Position numbers and translations under genes: made by a program. This document shows positions 1-14,525 of a stretch of DNA of 64,000 nt, piece by piece. Source of the DNA: Octopus sinensis (lineage: Eukaryota). The DNA lies in the NCBI RefSeq assembly GCF_006345805.1, contig NC_043020.1, positions 25,978,001-26,042,000 on the forward strand, in the 5' to 3' direction. Below the pieces are notes generated by a model. That model searched no databases and had not been told where the DNA came from. It saw only the letters and a program-made list of their open reading frames with translations. Numbering within the stretch: the stretch's first letter is position 1; each line of letters begins with the position of its first letter.

Positions 1-1746
1 TCCATCTGATGCGCTACAATCATAGACAGGGTAGTTAACGAACCTGGCATGGGTGGGGCCCTGATCAACTTGGATCAATCGAAAGCCTTGATAGGGTAGA
101 CCATCGATACTTGGAGGCAGTCCTGAGAGCGGCTGGTTTCGGTCCCGTCTTCCGCGGCTGGATAGCTGCCTTGTACAGAGGCATCCGTTCGGTAATTCGC
201 GTAAATGGACATCTATCGAGACCTTTCGACATTGCACGTTCGGTCCGTCAGGGATGCCCCCTCTCGGCGCTTCTATACGTATTGACTCTTGAGCCACTAC
301 TGCGGAAGCTGGCGACTCTAAGGGGCATCCCGCGAGAATTGGGATGCGGGACGAGCGTGTCTGCATACGCGGACGACGTCACCGTCATAGTGTCTAGCCA
401 CGAGCACATCGAGCTGGTCGGCGAGACACTGAAAAACTACGAAGCGGTGACAGGAGCGAAAATCAACCGGGAAAAGTCAGTGGGCTTGCGACTAGGCACC
501 TGGAGAAGCAAGCCCATGCCGTCCACCAGCGCCTCCGTCGTGGGACGCTGGACCGACGGCCCGGTTGAGTTGCTCGGGGTCTGGTTTGGTCCGGACCTCC
601 AAGTGGAGAAGAACTGGAACGAGATAACGAGTAGGGTGGTCACTCTCGCCCGGCAATGGGCCGAGAGGAAACTGTCCCTAAAAGGTCGAGCGGAGGTGGC
701 GAACACGTACATCGCGTCCGTCATCTACTACCGCCTGACCGTCGTACCTTGTCCCGACCCTACCATCACCAAACTACAACGCATCCTCTTTCGCTTCTTG
801 TGGAAAGGATGCGTCCCGATGGTCAGGCGATCCATTTGCTGTCAACACCCGTTAAAAGGAGGGCTGGGCATGCCGTGGTTGATGATGCAGACACGCGCTG
901 AGACTGCGACATCTCTGGCTCTATGTAGACGACGGTGAACAGGTGTGGTCGCCGTTTGTGAGGCACGCTTACCCGCAGCTCGTCTCCATGACCGAACTGC
1001 AGTCGTGGATCAAAAAGAGGCCGAGGAAGGGCGAATGGCACCGCGAGTGTCGCGTTGCTCTCAAGCAACTCTGCCGTCTGGGTCGACCTTAAGTGACTTC
1101 AACACAACCAAAGCATTCTATAGGGGTTTAGTGGAGGGGAGGTACGACGACGAGCTCGGGGCGAACCTGGACGTCGACGAGGAGTACCTGACCCGCCTGT
1201 TCGGGACGACTTTCGGGCCAGGGCCCATGGACAACTTCCAGAGATCCCTGGCCTGGCAGTGCTACCGAGAAGCGCTACCGTTTCGGGATAAGCTCTACAG
1301 ACACGGCTCGAGAAACACGGGGCCGACCTGCCCGAGATGCGGTCAGAGCGACGAAACCGTTCTGCACGCACTCGTTCAGTGTCCAACAATTTCCGACCTG
1401 TGGGCTTATGTCGAACAACTGCTGTCACGTGTGGGACGAGTCGGTTTATCAGCTGAGTCTATCGTCAATATTGTCACGCCTCCTTCCTTCAACGGGAAGG
1501 AAGAGCTATTTTCATCATCCTTGTGGCTATGGCGAAAGAATGTATCTGGTGGACGCGTCTGAAAGGATTGGAGACAAACACTTTCCTCTCTGGTCAATCT
1601 CTCATCAACTTCTTCAAGTACCACTTGAAAAGAAAGTGAGAGTAGAGAGGCAAGTTTTGTCTAGCGAATGTTTTAAAAAAAGATGGGTGAATGTAGCAAG
1701 AATGGCACGTATGAATGACGAAGCCACTTTGAGCATAGTCCTATGA
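1..1746 (+). pseudogene. LINE ORF2 (reverse transcriptase) broken by about 6 small frameshifts, with no in-frame stops in the stitched path
   Basis: Frame changes near ~20, ~89, ~888, ~1080, ~1495 and ~1632 join ORF-track pieces 111-938, 945-1562 and 1408-1746 into one RT plus zinc-finger protein. Confidence 0.85.
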
Positions 1747-2130
1747 ACCCAGAAATCGAAAACAGAGAGTTGCTTATTTGCAAAAAAAAAAAAAAAAAAG
1801 AAATATAAAATGTGACTTCATTGACCGAGGTTACCGTGGTCTTTTCCGTAGGCTTTTCTTTCCACGGGTAAACCTCACCTGTCCTCCCCTTTACACTTCA
1901 TATTGACATTTCTGTGATAACGATCCCTATTGATCAATTTTTTTTTCCTCTCCCCCCTTTTTTTTTTTTTTAACCCCCCCTTTTTTTGTCCTCTTTCTCT
2001 CCTTTTACGATCCCTTTTGATCGAAACTCCCCCTTCCTTTTTTTTTTTTTTTTTTTTTTTTAACCTTCAAAAGAAAGCTCTTGTAATTTGTTCTATCTGT
2101 GTGCAGCCCTGTGTGGCTAATAAAGAACAT
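1..2130 (+). mobile_element. Tx1/L1-clade non-LTR retrotransposon, 3' half (RT domain, C-terminal zinc knuckle, 3' UTR, polyA signal); continues beyond the left window edge
   Basis: Stitched translation gives LDQSKA(F)DRVDH (~70-105), QGCPLS, YADD (366-377), LKGGLG and CPRCGQSDETVLHALVQC (~1329-1382), with a stop at 1746. The U/C-rich 3' UTR has AATAAA at 2119-2124, followed by (TATC)n. Confidence 0.92.
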
Positions 2131-2154
2131 ATCTATCTAACTACCTATCTATCC

Positions 2155-2196
<42 letters not shown>

Positions 2197-2247
2197 GTAG
2201 CTAGCTAGCTAGCTATCCATCCATCCATCCATCTATCTATCTATCTT
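2129..2247. repeat. (TATC)n/(TAGC)/(ATCC) compound microsatellite at the LINE 3' end
   Basis: Directly visible. Confidence 0.95.
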
Positions 2248-2988
2248 TCAATGTATCTCTTTATATTGTTTTTTGCTTATGTGCATGCACGCGTATATAC
2301 ATCCGTACGTATATACATATACATATATACACAAATACACACCCACACATGTGCTTATTGACAAAGGTATTTATGATATATAATATAAAACATAATATAA
2401 TATACATGTGTCTGTATGCGCATGTGTGCATGTTGGTGTGCAGCTAAACATGCATAAACATTATTGAAACACAGCTATTCTCAGATATTAAAATGGCCGT
2501 AACAAAATATACTCGCATGTATTTCGTTCCATTGCATTACGACAAATAACGAGGTAATAGATAGATGAACAACACGACATTGTGGAATGAATATATATCA
2601 GATTGGTTACCAGAAACGCCATCTACGCATGTTCTATCTTGAAAAAGGCGCATTATCCTTCGCCCCCGATTAACAATATTTGCAAAGACACGCAAGCGAA
2701 CGGGAAACAACACACATTAAAACTACTTAGCCAAAGGACCTGACAGAAACAGAAACCAACGCTTGCTTAGATTACACTATGTTGTCTATAAAAAGAGGAA
2801 GGACAGATGGGAGAGGGTCTATTCAAAGATGTACGAAAATATATTGGTTCCGGGTTCAGTCCCACTGCTTGCCACCTTGGGTAGATGCCGTGTACTATTT
2901 CCTCGGGCTGAGCAAAACCTTGTGATTTGCTAGATTTTCTAGACGGAAACTGAAGGAAGCCCGTCGTATGTATGGATTGTATGTATGC

Positions 2989-3045
<57 letters not shown>

Positions 3046-3374
3046 TTATAAACAAGGGCAAAAGAAAAAAGATTTTATGCCAATATGCACAGAATAGACT
3101 TAAAATCGTCAATCACTACTTACATATAGAATATATACAATATATATTGTAATGTGGTGATAGACGATAGAGCTTGGCACGAATGACGTCGCAACTCATT
3201 TCTACAGCTGAGTGAACTGGAGCAACGTAATTTCGACGCTCTAACCACTAAGCCATGCGCCTTCTATATATATATATATATATATATATAATTATATATA
3301 TATTATATATATATGTGTGTGTGTTGTGTGTGTGTGTGTATGTAGATATACAATATTATATATATATATATATA

Positions 3375-3540
3375 TATATGGTGTTTACGAAAAAAAAAAA
3401 GACGAAGAGAGGCGGTGTACAAAACAAACAGATGTTTAGCATAGCGCTCAGTAATAGAAAAAAGTCTTATACGTTTCGAGCCTACGCTCTTGTACAGAAA
3501 GGGACACAGAAAAAAAGGAGAGACAAGGAGAGAAAAATAT
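3375..3540 (-). mobile_element. Short dispersed repeat, Penelope pLTR-like; second copy at ~35165-35345
   Basis: The two copies share AGCGCTCAG..AATAGAAAAAAGTCTT.TACGTTTCGAGCCTA.GCTCTT..ACAGAAAG. The minus strand resembles the minimal hammerhead motif of Penelope-like elements. Confidence 0.5.
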
Positions 3541-3592
3541 GTCTATATATATATGTAGATACATGCATACAAACATGCATATATATATATAT

Positions 3593-3623
<31 letters not shown>

Positions 3624-3818
3624 ATGATATAATATATACATACACAGGCCTTCAGTTTTCCCAGGATTTGTTAAAGAACTCAGAATGTTGGGCTCTGACC
3701 TGTCCATTCGCAATTTCCTTAAAGCCAGGAACTTTTCAGCAATCCCTCGTATACTTTTATGTGTCTGTAAGTTGTGTGTGTGTGAGTGAGTGTGTGTGTC
3801 TGTGTGTGTGTGTGTGTA

Positions 3819-3858
<40 letters not shown>

Positions 3859-4211
3859 TGCTGTATGGGATATTACAAATTTCATTTCGAATTCCAGTAA
3901 AACCCAGATATTATGAATAAAATATTAAAAAATATTTCGCAAAGAAAAACAAAATAATATCTCACGAATTCAAAGTCAATGGTCTTGTGCGTAAATTGGT
4001 ATGGTCGCCGCAAACGTAATGTTTCCATCATTCCTGTATAAATTGCAATATTTAGTAGTGTGCGTTACATAATCTCTGAAGATTTTACAATACAGTCTTA
4101 AATTTCCGTCTTCTATGATTGAGACACTTTTCATTGTAAATGAAACGCTTGCATGATGACGTAACTAAACAATTTATGAACAACAAACAGTCATGCTTCA
4201 TTGTGATTCAC

Positions 4212-4242
<31 letters not shown>

Positions 4243-4938
4243 GTATATATATATATATATATATACATATATATATACACACACGCTCACACACAAATGG
4301 AAATTACACACACATACACGCGGGCACATACGCACAGTCACGCAGACCCATGCATGCACACACAAGTAATGTTACGTTATATTACAAGAATGCGAAGTGT
4401 GAACGACATAACCAACACGCCATTATTGTATCCAATTAACCTCCAATCAAAGACCCAACCGAAATCAGAGTTCTAGAGTGATTCAAATAGGAAATTATAC
4501 CTTTCAAGAAAGAATTAGAGATATTCTGACATTAATAACGCGAACAAGTATGGGGTAGGTGGGAAACGGAATACGTAACAGAGGTATGTTAATAAGAGCC
4601 GAAGCGTGAGAAAGAACGAGTGTGTGTGAGAGAGAGAGAGAGTGAGTCGGAAGGAGAAAAGGTAAGATATAAGCTGTCAAAAAGACATGAAAAAGCGACA
4701 TCTATGAAGAAACCATAGGACACAATAAATCAAACATTTTCTAGTTAAAAAGCCCCGAAGGAATGAAACGGTAACTTAAGATCACAAGGAAAGAAATTGG
4801 AACAAATATATATGGTGATATACATACTATATACCTAACAATATATAGGTGTGTATTTGTGTGTGTACACATACTATTATATATATATATAAACATATAT
4901 ATTATATATATATATATATGTATATTATATGTATATGT

Positions 4939-4973
<35 letters not shown>

Positions 4974-5125
4974 TATTATATATGTATGTATATATATGTG
5001 TGCATATATTTGCATATATATATATATGTATGTATGCACAAATATTCGAGTATACACGCACGCATGCACACATTTCTAGTGTTTGATTATAATTACGCCT
5101 ATACATATATATATATGTATATATG

Positions 5126-5159
<34 letters not shown>

Positions 5160-6288
5160 TGTATGTATGTATGTATGTATGTATATATATATATATATAT
5201 GGAGAGAGAGAGAATAAGAGAGACAGGTAGAAAGAGGGGAGAGAGAGAGTGAAGGAGATGAACTGTGTATGTACGACAGAACGAATGAAAGAAATAAGAA
5301 ATACAAAGCTGGGCATAGGGAACGAATAAATAGCTACATATATATATATAAAAAAAGAAATATCGGGATATTAGACATAGATTGATCTGGGGAAAAAATC
5401 AGAAAATCAAAAAAAAAAAAAACTAAAGAAAAACGAAACCAAACATCAAATATACACAAACAAAAATCAGATCAGAAAATCATTTATTGAAAGGCCTAAA
5501 AGATGAAAGTGGGAAAAAAATTGCTGAAATTAAAGGGTAGATAACTCGTTAAATAAATATTCGAAAGTTAGCTTATTAATTATATAGGATCATAGTTAAA
5601 TATATATAACCTTAGATCTTTTAACAGCCGTATATACTAAGTTACTATTGTATTTACTTACTGCCATGGGTGGGTGATTATTAGACTCGGTAGATGGCTT
5701 TGAATAAAACACGCCGTTGTATTGTATTTTTTTAAAACATTTTTTATATTGATTTTGTATTTTGTGAGTTCTAATCCTAGGTCAGAGCTTACTGGTGTTT
5801 ATCGTACTTACTAGGGCCCCCAAGGAATTTATTTCATAATAATTAGTGCCAAATATTGGGTAGTAGTAGATATTGTTTAAAAAATATATAGCTCCGCTTA
5901 TGAGAACTTCACCACAAAATTAGAAAATACACCAATGTTCGTATAATATGTTTAATTAATACTTTTATAAGCTAAAACAATGCAGGCTATTAAAGCAATA
6001 CGAAACTATCGCTTTACCTAGTATATCAATATTTCAGGGCAAGGATCTCTTCTTCATGAAATCTTCGGAGAAACGTTGTTGTGAGCTGACTACCATACAG
6101 ATAGGGCGGTGCAGAACACAATTTTTCTGAAGATTTCCTGAAAGAAGTGTCCGAGCCCCAAAATATTAGAATACAAATCAAAAGAACTGACGATCTATCT
6201 GTCTTACTTCTCACAATATTCCTTGCTTTGGCTTCATAAAAAGTAAATAACTAAAAACAATTATAAATAATATCAGAAAATATCAGAA

Positions 6289-6519
6289 AGCGGCGAGCTG
6301 GCAGAATCGATAGCACGCCGGGCGAAATACTTAATGGGAAATTGTCTGCGGTTACGTCCTGATTTCAAATTCTACCGAGGTCGACTTTGCCATTCATCCT
6401 TTCCTGGTCGATTAAATAAGTATCAGTTGCGCATTGGGGTCGATGTAATCAACGAAATTCCTTTGTCTGGCCTTGTGCGTCCCCTCTACGTTTAGCGCAC
6501 TGTGGGCAATAAAGAAATA
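6289..6519 (+). mobile_element. tRNA-derived SINE, family A monomer (diverged)
   Basis: Head GCGGCGAGCTGGCAGAATCG, B-box-like GATTTCAAATTC, body GTCGACTTTGCC.TTCATCCTTTC, 3' end GTGGGCAATAAAGAAATA. Homologous to 18516-18747. Confidence 0.85.
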
Positions 6520-6557
6520 AACATGAGATAATGCTTCGTAGAATCTCTACTACTTAA

Positions 6558-6624
<67 letters not shown>

Positions 6625-7019
6625 TTGCGTGCTGAGTCTTCGACAAATGAAATAGCACCCGATGAGGTAAGAGAGTAAAGATATTCTTTACAATGAACCA
6701 CAGGTCTTCTCTTCTGAGATACAGGGTTTCCTGGCTGAAATATTAATTAATTTTGCTATTTTTCAAGCCGAAAGAAGCGACAGTATAACCTGTTAGCTGC
6801 GTTCGGAGAAGTTGACGTTTGAATGGGGGGAAAAAAAGGGAAAACATGCAGAGAGAAAAATAGACAGGGGAGACAACCAAAGTTACAACAAACATTACGT
6901 TTATCAAAAATGCGTAAACATGGGAATAGTTTTTAAGACGTGTCCGCCGGTCTATTTTTTAATTTCAGCTAATTTGTGTACATTAAAATGCGAACATGAA
7001 AAACAAACAGCTTGTTCAT

Positions 7020-8350
7020 AGAATTTACACTCTCATAGAAGGTTTTTAAGATCTTTAAAAGATACAGTTTATTGAGTGAGCATATCGAACATAGCTTTGA
7101 ACCGTTAACATAGTCTTTGCCCCTGGAGAGTGATTTCTGTTTGATGTCGAAATATTTTCCTCTTTAAATTTCCAGATTAAAGACAAGAATGTTATCGTAT
7201 ATCTCTTCTCACGATGCCTAAAGGTCGAAAGATGTTTCCTGTACTTGGATTTAAATTTTCCTTCTACCGTTTCAGTATAACGATTGAATCTCTTTTTGGC
7301 CGTTACCAAAACTTGCTGATATCAGCGCTTCGAAAACAATGGAGGATATTTCGAATTTCTGCCCTAGTTGACGTTTAGATTTTTCTCAGAATATTCATCC
7401 AGAGAAGGTATCAATCGCCGGATTTTAATTGATATATGTCTTTACATTCGGAGTAAGAAAAATTAATTTTAATCTTGTACCTATTTAGATATCTTTCTGT
7501 ATCTCTGCCCGCTGGGAAATAGAATATCTATCAAGAACCTTTTATTTACATTTATCCTAACATTTAGGGAGAAAGGCAGAGAAAAACATAAAACTTTACG
7601 AGACCTATTCCTACGACCAGATGATTTAGTTGGTTGAGGGTTACAAAAGTAAAGCCACTATTCAGGGAGTCGTATTATTATGTGGGGAAGTCTTTCCAAA
7701 TAATTCTTTCAGAGAAGAAAGATATAAAATCCTACGGCTTCCGTCGGAATTAAATTTTTAAATACAATAAGTGGTTTGCGGAAGAGTTTATTAATATATT
7801 ATAGCTTTTCGTTTGGTTTATGGAATGTCGTAACTGAACGACTTAACTGAATTTTGTGGTCCAAGGAAACATCTGAAAAGTCAGTCTTAGGTTAGCTTCA
7901 ATGGAGATTTTCATCACTAACGAATTAAAGGTGGAAATCAACTGTTTGTTGAAGAAATCCGTAGCGTGGCTACAAAAATGTGTGATACTAAGTAAACATC
8001 ATCCCGATATATACAGATGCAATGGTTCGGGTATTTCGAATTTAGATCGTCCGTTATGTATAAACTAACAAAACCATATATATCTGCGCTATCGTATGAA
8101 CCAACTAGGACAACGAATAGTTCACTCGGCTTATCTAATAATCGCTTCTTGATGATAACTTGGTTTAAATACGTTCACAATATAAATAGAACGGAATTCA
8201 CAATTCGTTGATATCTGAATCATTGCGTAATGTTCTGAAATTTGCAAGTCGGTTTCTAATCATCGATGAAGTTGAAATGAAGATCATTGTGCAATCATGT
8301 ACGACAATGGGATTTCGTAGAGCATCTCTTTCTATTTCTCATCCAGCAGC
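7020..8350 (-). mobile_element. Degenerate Penelope-like element (RT plus GIY-YIG endonuclease remnant)
   Basis: The minus strand gives IYRDD (YRDD at 7998-8009), KISIEANL, FHKPNE..YINK and EGKFKSKYRKHLSTFRHREKR..IWKFKEENI (~7150-7290). These match the PLE RT/GIY-YIG layout. Many stops and frameshifts. Confidence 0.72.
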
Positions 8351-8897
8351 TCTTTAAGTCATGATATTACCAATGCATTTAAAAAGATATTTTGAATGCG
8401 TTTAGCAATGCTAAACCTCAATGTTATGGATGTATGTATGGACATACACCCATACACACAAACACACATATTCATATATGTACGCATGTATGTGTGTATA
8501 TATGTATATATATGTAGGTTTCTATGCATATATATATGTTTTTGTGCATCTATATATGTGTACATTTATGTAAACACACACGTATATATTTGTGTGTGTG
8601 TGTGTATGTTTGTATGTGTGAGTGTGTGTGTGTCTGTATGTAGGCAAGTATGCATATATGCATATATATATAGAATTATCTGTGCGTATATATTATACAT
8701 ACACGCAGGTAAATATATATATGTATATATATATATGTATGCATATACGCATACTTGCCTACATACAAACATTTATCAATATATATACATATTATATATA
8801 TGTGTGTGTGTGTGTATGTATGTATATATGTATATATATATATGTATGTGTATATATATGCATATATATATGTATATATATGTGTATATATCTAATA

Positions 8898-8957
<60 letters not shown>

Positions 8958-9474
8958 CCATCTATCTATATGTATATAAAAATAAATTTTCATCACGTTT
9001 TTATTAAACATTTTTGCTGCGTATATTTTTCATCAGATAAAGAAGCTCTTTACTTATTGATCTCTATCATCCTGTTTATCATCTCTATAGTTCTCTCATT
9101 TTTATAATCCATATCGTCTTTTAAGATCCATCAACTACTTCCTCTTGTTCTTTCTCCTTCGCTATTCACCTCGGTTCAATCTACCACCAGCTCCGCGCCG
9201 CTTCTTCATCTCTGCTCTTCAACGTGCATCTCTAACACTGTTACATTTGAGCGAGTTTTAATTACTGTTTGAGTGTGTGTTCCAGTATAAAAGAAACGTA
9301 ATTCTGTGGCAGGGTGGGGGAGCATGTGTGCATGCGTGCAGGTGTTGTTGGGCCTTGTGGGTTGTGTGCGTATATGCTGCGTGCGTGTGTCTGGAATGCG
9401 TGTGCATGCATGCATGATGCGCGCGACTGTGTAGAGGCGAGTATGTGCATAGCAAAGAAGCATGATGACAGGTT

Positions 9475-9529
<55 letters not shown>

Positions 9530-9711
9530 CATATATATATGCGTATATACATGTATATAATATATATTTGTATACATGTATATAAGTATATACATATAAA
9601 CATGCATACGTATATATATATAAATAAATATTCATACGTACATTTATATATGTATGTAGTTCTATCTATCTCTCTATCCAATATATATATTTATATTTAT
9701 AATATAATAAA

Positions 9712-9772
<61 letters not shown>

Positions 9773-10020
9773 ATATATATATTATATGTATATATATATT
9801 ATATATATGTCATATATATTATATAATATTACATATATCATATTATGTATATATATATATAATATGTATGTGTTGTATGGCTGGATGGATGGATGGATGG
9901 ATGGATGTATATGTCCATCAACTTATATATCTATGAACGCTTATCAATGTAACTGCACACATATATAGATGTGTATATGTGTTTTGTTCGTCTCTGTATG
10001 CTAGTATTTGTTCGTGCATT

Positions 10021-10069
<49 letters not shown>

Positions 10070-10572
10070 TTTCTTGCTTAAAATATTCCAGTGCATATAC
10101 ACAAACTCGAATATTTATACACCGAGTTTCTAAAAGCGTATATTTCAAGAACTTATTGATATTGTATCCTTCAGTTACATTCATAATACATTTACCTAAA
10201 TTGAATCAAAATTCTGGCATGCAGCTTGCTGTACCATATTCCTGCACAAAGAGAATAAATTCGAAGTACAAGAAAATTTCAATTCAATATTTTCACGTTT
10301 TTCTACGAACTAATATTGAACCGCACAACTATATGAGTTTTGTAACATTCCAATTTGTTTTCACTTAGAATTTCACCGATAAAGGATACATCTCTGGTGT
10401 ATTTATGTATCGCATTTCTAAATAAATCCAGTAACTAGACAACAACATGTGTTGAAGTAGATATATTATAAATACTTTTAGTTTAAATTAATTTTCATCT
10501 TGACGTGATTATACAGCGTGGGCCAAGTGTCAAGAACAAAACATTTGACATTTTATTCATATTAAAATTATT

Positions 10573-11173
10573 TATTTCTTTACTACCCACAAGGGGCTAA
10601 ACACAGAGAGGACAAACAAGGACAGAAAAATGGATTAAGTCGATTATATCGACCCCAGTGCGTAACTGGTACTTATTTAATCGACCCCGAAAGGATGAAA
10701 GACAAAGTTGACCTCGGCGGAATTTGAACTCAGAACATAATGGCAGACGAAATACCTATTTCTTTACTACCCACAGAGGGCTAAACACAGAGGGGACAAA
10801 CAAGGACAGAATAACTGATTAAGTCGATTATATCGACCCCAGTGTGTAACTGGTACTTATTTAATCGACCCCCGAAAGGATGAAAGGCAAAGTCGACCTC
10901 GGCGGAATTTGAACACAGAACGTAGTGGCAGACGAAATATCTATTTCTTTACTACCCACAAGAGGCTAAACACAGAAGGGACAAACAAGGACAGACAAAC
11001 GGATTAAGTCGATTATATCGACCCCAGTGCGTAACTGGTACTTATTTAATCGACCCCCGAAAGGATGAAATGCAAAGTCGACCTCGGCGGAATATGAACT
11101 CAGGACGTAACCGCAGACAGATTTCCACTAAGCATTTCGCCCGGCGTGCTAACGTTTCTGCCAGCTCGCCGCC
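10573..11173 (-). mobile_element. Family A SINE trimer: one 5' head plus three ~184-bp body units
   Basis: TATTTCTTTACTACCCAC recurs at 10573, 10757 and 10942. A single head (GCCAGCTCGCCGCC) ends at ~11173. Confidence 0.92.
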
Positions 11174-11603
11174 CCTTCATATTAATAATACCATCATGAT
11201 TACTAATTTTGTTGATCATGTTAAAATACTCGTGCATTGATAATTTATTTCATTTCTTTTTATTCAATTTTTGAAAAAATTGAAGCATGCCTTTGACAAT
11301 TTCAGAGCATATTGAACTTATCTTATGCGTGACTTTAGTTCATAGTCCAACATGTATTGCTGTTGAATTTTATAATTTGACGTGTTGCATTACTCGTCCG
11401 CAATATTTTCTACTCTTTACTTCTACATAATAGAATAGCTTACTTCGTTTCAACTTCTTGTTTCCGGTGTAGAAATAATTAGATATTGTCTAATGTGAAT
11501 TTAAGAGAGATAGTTTGAATCGAGTTTACTTTTTCAATACTGAATTGTATTTTCGAAAGAATCTTTGTTCTTCCATCATTTGTATGAAGCTTAAATATAT
11601 ATA

Positions 11604-11649
<46 letters not shown>

Positions 11650-11687
11650 TATATATATATGTAGTATGTATGATCCCTCTATACACG

Positions 11688-11733
<46 letters not shown>

Positions 11734-11821
11734 ATCCCTGTATACACGATCATACAAACCCCTTATATATAAACATGTATATATATATATAAAGGGGTTT
11801 GTATGATGTGTATAAAGGGAT
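11734..11821. repeat. Small inverted-repeat (MITE-like) hairpin
   Basis: ATCCCTGTATACACGATCATACAAACCCCTT ... AAGGGGTTTGTATGATGTGTATAAAGGGAT, with arms of ~30 bp. Confidence 0.75.
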
Positions 11822-12082
11822 ATTATTATTCAAAGAAATTCCAACTCTGTTTTTTATTGTTTTATATTCTTTATAATATTCATGTAGAATATAGAATATA
11901 TAGTATAAATATTATATATAGTAAGTAAAATGAAATGAAGTATTGATTGTCTTATTGAATAGATGAAATATTGAATATAAAATATTAGGGGACTAGTATA
12001 CTCTCATGCGTTATAGCAGTCTTCAAGGTCCCAGGTTGTGACAGGAGTATTGCATATATACACACACACACAATATATATAT

Positions 12083-12138
<56 letters not shown>

Positions 12139-12619
12139 AATATATATTATATATATATATATTATGTTTGTATGTATATATATGTATATGTATGTGTGTG
12201 TGTGGTTATGAAGAATGTTATTAGAATGATTTCGCTCCGCTTGTGTGAAGTTTAACACTATTGGAATAATCTGGTATGAGCCAGAAATGGAATCAGACAG
12301 GTACCTTTCGAGCAATCACGTTTGCAAACGTCACTGTCAGGATTTTGCTAATATTCACATGAAGATAACTTTCAAATAACATGTCATAGCTTTCAAATAA
12401 CATTTCAAATAATATTTCTAAAATATATTGAAACGACGGATAGTTCAAAGGGAAGAATGCAGGCTCGCAATACTCAGTAATGAACGCAATCTGAGGTGAC
12501 TGGGAAAACGGGCCACTTTGTTACAATGTATTTACAGAATACCCGACGCTTATATGTAGTCCCGAAAATGTTCCCTCTCGTGGGAAAATACATATATACA
12601 TATACACATACATGCAGGT

Positions 12620-12673
<54 letters not shown>

Positions 12674-12929
12674 ACTATACACACACACACAAACATGCAT
12701 ATAGATATATATATATATATCACCGATTCCTCTCCATCTCTTCCTCCTTGACTCTCTCGTCGCTGACACGGGACGAAGGGGTATCTATCTTTCTGCCCAT
12801 TTCCTTCCTAAATACAACATGTGTTTGTACCTGTCTCCTCTCATAAGCTCGTCCTCCTAGCGCTCATAATAATTTTTTCTATCGTCTTGGCTTAACAGAC
12901 CTCACCGTTTGTTTTTACTGTCTTGTTCT

Positions 12930-13338
12930 CACTATCCTATTTTTGTTACCACTTTCACTCTCCGCAAAAGTCATCCAAGGAATTGAACTGTTTACCATTA
13001 AGACCATTCTACAGAGACCTGAATAAATAGAAATCCGAAGAAGCAATATCTGGTGAATATGGAGGGTGGAGTAACATATCCTAGCCGAGTTTCAGCAATT
13101 TTTGTTTGGTTCTCAAAGTATCAAGTGCCATAAATGAACTTTCTTATCTTCCATTTTAAAGGGTTACAGAATTAACACAGGTTATAGGAACATAAACCTT
13201 CTTCTACGAAAAGATAGCTTATACTGTGCTCTAAATGGAGGTGTAGTCAAATCCTATTTTATGGACTCAACCATGTTCTAAAATAAGTCGAAAGGTAAGC
13301 TACTATAGATCGGCACGAACTTTCCGGACAACCCAATA
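12930..13338 (-). mobile_element. Internally deleted mariner (DD34D-type) transposon remnant with one TIR
   Basis: The minus strand encodes KQKLLKLG*DMLLHPPYSPDIASSDFYLFRSL (HPPYSPD at 13048-13068). Mariner-like terminus TATTGGGTTGTCCGGAAAGTTCGTGCCGATC at 13309-13338. Confidence 0.85.
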
Positions 13339-13690
13339 CATTTCTACCACACCTAATTAATAGATTGAAATTAATGAATAGCTTTCGTCTCCTTTTCACC
13401 GTAGAACCAATTATATCATTACTTAATATAAAACAGGCTGAAATTTGAATCGCCCTATCAAGTTAAAGCTTATAAATTTGTATTATAATTATGATAAGAT
13501 TTTGCATTTCTTCAACCATCCAATCCATGTATAATGTAAATGTGCAAATCTAGTTACAGATAATATGATATATAATGTATTGCTCTGCCAGTGTGGCTTT
13601 TTCATCATCCGTATGCGCGCAACTGGAAACAGTTATATTACTTTATTACATGATTTAATTCAATATTACGATTGTCACATACATGTATGT

Positions 13691-13997
13691 GGAGGCACAT
13701 GGCCCAGTGGTTAGAGCAGCGGACTCGTGGTCGAGAGACCGCGGGTTCGAAGCTCAGACCGGCCGATGTGTGTGTTTATGAGCGAAACACCTAAGCTCCA
13801 CGCGGCTCCGGCAGAAGGTAATGGTGAAACTTCTGCTGACTCTTTCGCCACAACTTTCTCTCGCTCTTTCCTCCTGCATCTTGCAGCTCACCTGTGACGG
13901 AGCGGCGTCCAGTGCAGATGGAGAAACTATACGCTAAGGAAACCAGGAAACCGGCCCTTATGAGCCAGGCGTGGCTCGAGAAGGAACAAACAAACAA
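13691..13997 (+). mobile_element. tRNA-derived SINE, family C, full length
   Basis: A-box TGGCCCAGTGG, B-box GGTTCGAAGC, tail AAGGAACAAACAAACAA. Partial minus-strand copy at ~20470-20652 and a related copy at ~53515-53790. Confidence 0.88.
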
Positions 13998-14208
13998 TAT
14001 ACATAGAAACATACGTTTGATTATTCACATACACGTGAATAATCCATATTTTTATTGCTTTTCTTTTGTCATACTCGATTACGTTCTAGTGTTTGCTACA
14101 TTTTTCTTGCGAACACTTCTTAGTGGTAAGACCATAGCGGATCTAATTCTATAATAAGGGTTGTCCACATTGCGGTCACCCCTCTCATATGTATAATATA
14201 TATATATA

Positions 14209-14311
<103 letters not shown>

Positions 14312-14377
14312 TGCATATATATACATATGTATATATATATACAAATATATATGTATGTGTATATATATATATATATA

Positions 14378-14525
14378 TACGACAAATTCCACTGAGTGAC
14401 CACATAGACTCATGCGCTAAAAACATAAATCCCAAATTCTACATATTCCCCTTCTACCACTGTAAGGACGGGATCACCACACAGGAGAGAATCTCTTTAT
14501 TGAAAAATTCAAAACTCAACTTAAT
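14378..14525 (+). mobile_element. Penelope-like GIY-YIG C-terminal fragment
   Basis: [26 protein letters not shown] followed by frameshifted [12 protein letters not shown], resembling the 3' end of PLE ORFs. Confidence 0.55.
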
